This document shows, piece after piece, positions 56,093 through 64,000 of a DNA stretch of 64,000 bases. A program made the position numbers and the translations under genes. The stretch comes from a cyanobacterium endosymbiont of Rhopalodia gibba (lineage in GTDB: Bacteria > Cyanobacteriota > Cyanobacteriia > Cyanobacteriales > Microcystaceae). The stretch covers positions 1,696,001 to 1,760,000 of the forward strand of contig CP067995.1 in the NCBI GenBank assembly GCA_045159875.1, written 5' to 3'. The notes beneath the pieces are model-generated. The model was not told where the DNA came from. It saw only the letters and a list, made by a program, of their open reading frames with translations, and ran no database searches. How positions within the stretch are numbered: position 1 is the first letter of the stretch; every line of letters starts with the position of its first letter.

Positions 56093-56678
56093 AGTTGTAA
56101 CGGCTGTGCCGTGTGAGAAGTAATTGATAAACCACCATTACTAATGGTATCGATAAAAATTAAGACTTACAACGTCAAAATCTATATAACCATTTATTTT
56201 TCAGTTTTTTTCACCTTTTTCTCATACTTTTTTCCATAATCTCTTTAGGTAGTCTCTACACTTACAACAGATATGATCGTTATCGTTATCCAAGAATGCC
56301 ATATTCCGTTTAGAATACCTATATTTTGACAAATTTAAATTTATATAGGTGATCGTTTCGACATCAATGTTTTTTAACTTTGTTTAAGGGAGAAATTGAA
56401 ATCAATATCAGCAAGGCGATATAGGGACAAATTCAACTAGGATAATTATCTTTGTGCTCAATGAATAGACACTCTATTTTAGGATCAAATCATAAAATTT
56501 TCGTTGGAGCTACGAAATATGACCTCAGTTCTTTTATTAAAAATTCTTTGACCATAACATTGCCCGATTCATCACAGTGTACGATTACTGAGGTTATTTT
56601 TTATAGTAAGTCAAAAGCTGACAGAAAGACACGATACACTCAAAGAGTGTAATTTTAACAATTCATAGAGGTTTACCA

Positions 56679-57710
56679 ATGATTTCAACTGAAGAAACCC
56701 TTTTAGGTAAATCTTTAGAAGAATTAAGCTATTGGGTCCAACAACAGGGACAACCAGCCTATCGAGGCAAACAACTCCATCAGTGGCTATATCAAAAAGG
56801 GGTACGATCATTGGAGGAGATTTATGTTTTTCCAAAAGTTTGGCGGGAAAAACTGGGTAATTATCCTGTTGGTCGTTCTAAAATTAATTATCGCACTATT
56901 TCCCCCGATGCCACTCGAAAATATTTATTATCTCTTGATGATGATTTAATTATTGAAGCTGTTGGTATTCCCACTACCAAACGCTTGACTGCTTGTGTTT
57001 CTTCTCAGGTAGGGTGTCCTATAGCCTGCGACTTTTGTGCTACAGGAAGAGGAGGTTATGACCGTAATCTTAAAGTTCATGAAATTGTGGATCAAGTTTT
57101 AACAGTTCAAGAAGATTTTCAAAGACGGGTAAGTCATGTTGTTTTTATGGGAATGGGAGAACCGTTACTCAACCTCGAAGCAGTAATCTCTGCCGTAAAA
57201 ATTCTCAATCAAGATATGCATATTAGTCAGCGCTCACTGACTATTTCTACGGTGGGACTTCCTCAAAAAATTATTCGATTGGCTAATCATCATCTACAAG
57301 TTACTTTTGCCGTCAGTCTTCATGCTTCTAACCAAGCATTGCGGGAAAAATTAATTCCTAGTGCGCGCTCTTATCCTATAAAACAATTATTAGAAGACTG
57401 TCAAAAATATATCGAAATTACTCGACGGCGAGTAACTTTTGAATATATCTTATTAGAAGGAGTCAATGATCTGCCTGAGCACGCCATCGAATTGGCTAAT
57501 CAATTACGGGGATTTCAAAGTCATGTTAATTTAATCCCTTATAATCCCATTAAAGAAGCGAATTATCAACGTCCTAGCCAGCAAAGAACTCAAACCTTTC
57601 TTAAGGTTCTTCAACAACATAAAATTGCTGTTAGTATTCGCTATTCACGAGGATTAGGGGCCAATGCAGCTTGTGGACAATTACAGTCTTCTCGTTTATT
57701 TTTAAGGTAA
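56679..57710 (+). CDS. rlmN: 23S rRNA A2503 C2-methyltransferase
   Basis: [46 protein letters not shown]. Confidence 0.96.
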   Translation: MISTEETLLGKSLEELSYWVQQQGQPAYRGKQLHQWLYQKGVRSLEEIYVFPKVWREKLGNYPVGRSKINYRTISPDATRKYLLSLDDDLIIEAVGIPTTKRLTACVSSQVGCPIACDFCATGRGGYDRNLKVHEIVDQVLTVQEDFQRRVSHVVFMGMGEPLLNLEAVISAVKILNQDMHISQRSLTISTVGLPQKIIRLANHHLQVTFAVSLHASNQALREKLIPSARSYPIKQLLEDCQKYIEITRRRVTFEYILLEGVNDLPEHAIELANQLRGFQSHVNLIPYNPIKEANYQRPSQQRTQTFLKVLQQHKIAVSIRYSRGLGANAACGQLQSSRLFLR

Positions 57711-57817
57711 AAAAAATTAGCTTAAAAATATGGGTGTTTCATAAAAATAAGTTCTTTCTAAAAGAAGTAACCTAAGTATGAGATATTACCACTTTTACAA
57801 TTCGAGAATAATCGACT

Positions 57818-57857
57818 ATTCAATAAATATTAACTGGACAGTTAATATTTATTGAAT
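57818..57857. repeat. Perfect inverted repeat, 19-bp arms, 2-nt spacer
   Basis: ATTCAATAAATATTAACTG-ga-CAGTTAATATTTATTGAAT, between convergent rlmN and frmA. Confidence 0.95.
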
Positions 57858-58284
57858 TATTGTGGTTGTAGTGATGTCGTTTATCAAAATATACAGAATT
57901 GGGACAGCAATTTTTTAACGTTTTATTCATGAATATTTTAATCAAAAAGAAGATCCTCTTTTTCTGAGACTTAATAAGAATCAACTAAGTAAATTTAGTT
58001 AAAAATACATAAACCATAGTTTTGCTAAGTTAATAAAACTTCACATGCTGTTTATAAATCTTCAGTGATCTTGTTTTTTCCTGCTTAGAACACAATAAAA
58101 TGTGAACCAATTTTTGTAGCTAATATCTTAAATCAATATAATAATATGGCAACCTTTATTTCTATACTTTGTCTTCTTAGAAGAAGGAAAATAAAGAAGT
58201 CAAGTAAATCAATAATAGAGATGTCATACAATGATAGTGTAATTGCGAATACAGTTTGTGTAATTTAAAGAACTACAACAAATT

Positions 58285-59418
<1,134 letters not shown>

Positions 59419-59741
59419 TTAGTGTAATGGCACCGTCCAAAAGAACAATCCCCATTTTCGCAAAGTTGTGGTTCATAATGATTATTTATATGGTGTATTT
59501 AGTCCATTTAATACAATAGCAAATCATGTACTTGAATACTATATCTAAGAAACTATTTATAGCCATAGAATCTAATCAATTAAGTGAACTTTTATTGTTT
59601 TTTAGGAATTGAGTTAATTTGTTATGCTAGGATGAGCCTTGATTATCGGATCATTAGTAGATTTTGATATGTTAGACTGCGCTAATGCGCTTTAGAATCG
59701 GAGTAAGACTGGCTTTATAAGCATATGCTAACAGTTATTAA

Positions 59742-61364
59742 CTAGAGAAAAGTATCCTGTGAATTACAAGAAACTTCCGATAAACCAAACAGCATTTTAC
59801 AAGATATGTCCTGGCCTTCTGGCATTTGTCCGTAAGAAAATACCCAAGGTAAATCATCCTTCAAGACTTTAGTTTCACTAAGAAACCAATCTCTAACATA
59901 AGGACTCCCATAAATAATTAATCCCTTAACTATCTTGTGGTTTAGCAATTTTTTATAAATCTTCTGTGCCCTATCGGTTAATCCTGCATTTCCTCGAAAT
60001 GGATTTCCCCTAACAAATATTTGTAATAGAGTGTTGCGATTATCCTTTAAAACAAAACCGAGGGTATTTTCATCTACTAACTGTAAATTGTATCCCAATT
60101 GTTCAGGAATAGTTACAGCAGGAGTCTGACGATCTAAAAAATCACAATTAAGGAGATCATCTACCACAATTAAATTACGTCGTTTAAATTTCTTCTTTAG
60201 TGGTAAATTTCCTCCCTTATCACTCGAATATTGAAGAATACGAACAACCGCTTGTTTGGCTCTAGGTTGAGATAATTGATTTAGAGAAGATAAAGGCTGA
60301 TTTTCAGGGGAACAAATGGTAGTCGATACTTTCTGTTTAGCATGCCAAATTCTGGCTAGAGAGGCTTCAATTCTCTCACGAGTAATGCGTCCCGACTCAA
60401 CCGCTTGGTAAATCGCCTCAATAGTTTTTTCGGGATCGTGAGGCATTAATAAAATATCAGCCCCCGCTTCTACCGCCATCACCGCTACTTCTTCAGAAGA
60501 AGCATAATTAGTTACTCCTCCCATTACCAAAGCATCGGTAACAATTAACCCTTCAAAACCTAACTTTTCTCGTAACTGACCTGTTAATATCTTGTTAGAA
60601 AGGGTTGCAGGTTTTTGTTCATCCCAAGCCCGAATCAACAAGTGGGCAGTCATCACACTATCAACACCAGCCTCTATTGCTTTTTTAAATGGAACTAATT
60701 CTACCTCTGCTAGTCGACGCGTTTTATGGGGAATAACTGGTAAATCTAGGTGAGAATCAGTGCTAGTATCCCCGTGTCCTGGAAAATGTTTAGCAGTAGT
60801 TAGAACATTATAGGTCTTAGCCCCGTCTATAAACGCCGTTGCTAAGTGGCTAACAATCTCAGGATTATTACTAAAAGACCGGATATTAATTACCGGATTT
60901 TCCGGGTTATTATTAACATCAACTATGGGGGCTAATATCCAATTAATTCCGATGGCGAGAGCTTCTTGAGCAGTAATTACCCCCATTTGGGTTGCATATT
61001 CAATCGCTTGACCAAGATTTTGTTCAGCAATAGTTCCCAAGGCCATCGGGGGAGGAAACCAAGTCGCCCCAGAAAATCGCTGTCCCACCCCCTCTTCAGT
61101 GTCCGCAGCCACTAACAAAGGAGTCTTTGACCACTGTTGTAGCTGCTGGGTTCTTAGGTCCAATTCAGCTCCAGTTCCCCCCAATAGGATAACGCCTCCT
61201 AAATTTAAGGTTTGTAGCCAATGGCGTAATTGAGCATTAGGGGCTTCCCAAGTAGGGAAACGAATCTGCTGATCGAACAAATGGCCAGAGGCACGAACTA
61301 CTAGCATTTGTCCAATTTGTTGCTTGAGGGTTTCGTTAGTCCAATTAAATGATGAGTTGGTCAC
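59742..61364 (-). CDS. GH3 glycoside hydrolase (NagZ-like beta-N-acetylglucosaminidase)
   Basis: DTEEGVG, APIVDVNNNP, KHFPGHGDTSTDSH, MTAH, IVTDAL. GTG start. Confidence 0.9.
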   Translation of the reverse strand: MTNSSFNWTNETLKQQIGQMLVVRASGHLFDQQIRFPTWEAPNAQLRHWLQTLNLGGVILLGGTGAELDLRTQQLQQWSKTPLLVAADTEEGVGQRFSGATWFPPPMALGTIAEQNLGQAIEYATQMGVITAQEALAIGINWILAPIVDVNNNPENPVINIRSFSNNPEIVSHLATAFIDGAKTYNVLTTAKHFPGHGDTSTDSHLDLPVIPHKTRRLAEVELVPFKKAIEAGVDSVMTAHLLIRAWDEQKPATLSNKILTGQLREKLGFEGLIVTDALVMGGVTNYASSEEVAVMAVEAGADILLMPHDPEKTIEAIYQAVESGRITRERIEASLARIWHAKQKVSTTICSPENQPLSSLNQLSQPRAKQAVVRILQYSSDKGGNLPLKKKFKRRNLIVVDDLLNCDFLDRQTPAVTIPEQLGYNLQLVDENTLGFVLKDNRNTLLQIFVRGNPFRGNAGLTDRAQKIYKKLLNHKIVKGLIIYGSPYVRDWFLSETKVLKDDLPWVFSYGQMPEGQDISCKMLFGLSEVSCNSQDTFL

Positions 61365-61369
61365 AACGG

Positions 61370-61762
61370 TTAATTATTCTCCTCGTGGTCAAAATCATTT
61401 TCGTCGGGGAGAGTTTCCTTGATTTGATTGAGTAGATGAACCATTTTATCTCCTCTTTCTAGTGAAAGATCTTGGAGAAAGACCACTTCCGGAGTGCGTC
61501 GTAACCGCATTCGCTGTCCCAATTCTCGACGAACGAATCCGGCAGACGATTGGAGTCCAGCCATAGTTTCTAATTGAGCTTCTTGACTTCCATAAATACT
61601 GACAAAGATTTTGGCATATTGTAAGTCTCCTGACACATCAACTGATGTAACACTAACTATTCCTGTCCCCACGCGGTCATCTTTAATATCGTGGAGTAAC
61701 ATTTGACTAACTTCGCGTTTTATCAATGAGGAAACACGAGAAACTCGACGACTAGTAGCCAT
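61370..61762 (-). CDS. rbfA: Ribosome-binding factor A
   Basis: [49 protein letters not shown]. Confidence 0.96.
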   Translation of the reverse strand: MATSRRVSRVSSLIKREVSQMLLHDIKDDRVGTGIVSVTSVDVSGDLQYAKIFVSIYGSQEAQLETMAGLQSSAGFVRRELGQRMRLRRTPEVVFLQDLSLERGDKMVHLLNQIKETLPDENDFDHEENN

Positions 61763-61908
61763 TTTTGCCCTCTATTGTTCCAGAATTATGGTCCAAAATT
61801 GAGATAAAATATCTCAACTTGACGATTCTGTTGTCGATAACGATACCAAATATATTACCGTTATAATTTAGATAAGATCATCCCTATTAATTTTACTCAA
61901 TTGAGAGA

Positions 61909-62682
61909 TTATCCAAAAGCTGAAGATTCCAAGTCAGGGGGAACATCTTGCCAACGCCCAGGACCAACAGCTTGAAGAGCTTCTACTAAGTTTAGGTTCC
62001 CTGTGTATAGAGCTTTTCCTATAATTACCCCTGTTACTCCTATAGCTTCTAAAGAAAGTAAACCTAATAAATCAGTCAAAGAACTGACTCCTCCCGATGC
62101 AATGACTGGAATCTCAACATGACTTGCTAATTCTCGTAAGGCCTTGTAATTAGGACCGCTTAAAGTCCCATCTCGATGAATGTCGGTGTAAATGATAGCA
62201 GCTACTCCTAATTGTACTATTTGTTGAGCAAGGTTTGTCGCTAAGATTTCTGAGGTTTCTAACCATCCTCGTGTAGCTACTTTGCCATTACGGGCATCGA
62301 TGCCTACGGCAATTTTTCCAGGAAATTCTTGGCATAATTCTCGGACTAAAGCAGGATCCTCTACAGCAATGGTTCCCACAATGGCACGCTCAACTCCCAG
62401 GTTGAGGAGTTGAGCAATACTAGAACTATTGCGTAACCCTCCTCCTACTTGGACAGGAATAGCAATAGATTTCACAATGGCTTCGATGGTGGTTAAATTG
62501 ACAGGATTTCCTTGTTTAGCCCCATCGAGATCTACTATGTGAAGGCATGTTGCCCCAAGGTCCGCCCATTGGCGAGCTATTTCTACTGGATTTTCACCGT
62601 AGACTTGGGGTTTTTGATAGTCGCCTTGATAGAGACGTACACAATGTCCATCAAGAAGGTCGATCGCAGGAATAATATCCAT
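61909..62682 (-). CDS. hisA: ProFAR isomerase (histidine biosynthesis)
   Basis: [46 protein letters not shown]. Confidence 0.97.
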   Translation of the reverse strand: MDIIPAIDLLDGHCVRLYQGDYQKPQVYGENPVEIARQWADLGATCLHIVDLDGAKQGNPVNLTTIEAIVKSIAIPVQVGGGLRNSSSIAQLLNLGVERAIVGTIAVEDPALVRELCQEFPGKIAVGIDARNGKVATRGWLETSEILATNLAQQIVQLGVAAIIYTDIHRDGTLSGPNYKALRELASHVEIPVIASGGVSSLTDLLGLLSLEAIGVTGVIIGKALYTGNLNLVEALQAVGPGRWQDVPPDLESSAFG

Positions 62683-62874
62683 TTTGAATTTATATTTTGG
62701 GGTTAATTTACCTTAATCTTCATTATCTCCTAGAGTTCTACAATTAGAAATGAGAGACAAAAAAATCTAATAATAAAACTCATCTAATGGTTTTTAGCTC
62801 TTTAGTATCATCAGACTTTTAGAGGTGTTGTATGCAGAGTCTCTAGAAGAAATTAAGCTTATTGGAATAGAAAA

Positions 62875-63814
62875 TTAATGAACTGTTCCTCGTAAGGCCT
62901 CTACATCGATGAGAATAAATTCGGGATTATCTACATCCCGAATACTGGGAAATGCCCCTGCTGATGTTTTATTTGTTCTACGGATTACTTCTTTATCAAA
63001 TTCCGTGGCGGTTAACCCTAAATACTCATAAAAACTAGCTCTTTCATCAACAATTAAAGTGTAAGTAGCAAAGACAGACAAGAGGAAAAAGCGGCTCCAT
63101 AATCTGTATTTCCAAGTGTTCGAAAGTTTAGGTTGAGAACGCAATAAGACAGTAAAAATATCTCTGTGACGATTTTCATTTTGAAATCAGGTTTCAAACT
63201 TTTTAAAAATAGGATAAAATTGTTTCTAGGAATATTTTTCTCAATAATCAAAAATGATGATACGATACCAATACCCGATCTTTCCAGAAAGATAGACGGC
63301 TTAAATTAGCCATTCTAATGGAAAGAACGTATAGATACGGTTTTAGATAATTTTTCCTGGATTTAGGGGGAGATTAAAGTCCACCATTGCCTGATTCAAA
63401 AATTCCGCATGAGGGGCTTCGTCACGCGCCATCAAGTGGAACATTTCTGATAGAATCGGGTTGCGACCTTTCAGTTTTCGAGAAAGTTCTTTACATAAAA
63501 AAAATCATAAAATCCTGAAAGACAAGACCGTTCAAGCTCTTCAATAAATCCTTCTTTCACGGTTTTATCTGAATGAGCCCAAGAGCCTGTATTGAATTAT
63601 TCATCACCAAAAAATGGTAGAGATTGTAGTCTTTAGTCATCTCTGTTAACATCGCGTTTAATTCTATTCTATCTCTTGTTCGGTCAGAGAAAGGTTAGCG
63701 GCGGTTTCAAAATCTGTTGTGTAAAAAACGTGGGGTAAGAAGAGTTTCTCGGATATAGGCTTTAGTTGTTAGTTTGACTTATGTTAGGGTGACTTCACCT
63801 AGTGCATTAACCAT
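62875..63814 (-). pseudogene. acsF: Mg-protoporphyrin IX monomethyl ester oxidative cyclase pseudogene (resembles the low-oxygen AcsF2/ChlAII type)
   Basis: [109 protein letters not shown]. Stops, frameshifts and 3' truncation. Confidence 0.93.
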
Positions 63815-64000
63815 AGTTTTTTTGTATAACTGAATAACTATATAAAAATATATAGCTAAGAATACTTCCTTGGCTAGGCGTTTTTGTGGAAGTGTTACTG
63901 AATGCTAATATTTATATCTACCTTTAATTTAGTAAGCAAATAAAATTGATTCATATTGAGTTGCAACTAAAACTCAATGATTAGTTAAATCAAAAAAATA

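Noticed and set aside
56270..56660. Possible decayed cyclic-nucleotide-binding protein upstream of rlmN
   Set aside because: Only a faint GDRF..GEIEI resemblance; insufficient evidence.
9947..57857. Palindromes or tandem repeats as a CRISPR array, REP or MITE family
   Set aside because: No shared repeat sequence, no regular repeat-spacer periodicity and no cas or tyrosine-transposase gene in the window.
57720..58284. S-formylglutathione hydrolase remnant expected after frmA
   Set aside because: No esterase motifs were recognisable in the frames I read.

Overview
The window is AT-rich, cyanobacterial and most like the Cyanothece/Crocosphaera group. Intact housekeeping and metabolic genes (ahcY, petA/petC/petN, tyrS, trpS, metF, crtR, argB, glpD-ggpS, glgA, gmk, rlmN, frmA, rbfA, hisA and others) are separated by 1-3 kb AT-rich gaps. 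Read by hand in shifting frames, many gaps are pseudogenes (glgP, glgB, acsF, a J-domain/pentapeptide protein, an EI24/CysZ-like protein, a CBS protein) or heavily eroded mobile elements (ISL3, IS630, possibly a group II intron 5' part). This suggests a genome-reducing endosymbiont, most plausibly a diatom spheroid body/diazoplast-type cyanobacterium; that is inference and cannot be proven from this window. No rRNA, tRNA, CRISPR array or intact defence system was recognised. The most unusual signal is at least eight long inverted repeats (15-25 bp arms, perfect or with one mismatch) that share no consensus. Two lie inside recognisable pseudogene reading frames, where one arm appears to have overwritten the ancestral codons with a reverse-complement copy of the other. 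This points to template-switch (quasi-palindrome) mutagenesis accompanying genome decay. All family assignments come from recalled motifs, not from database searches.
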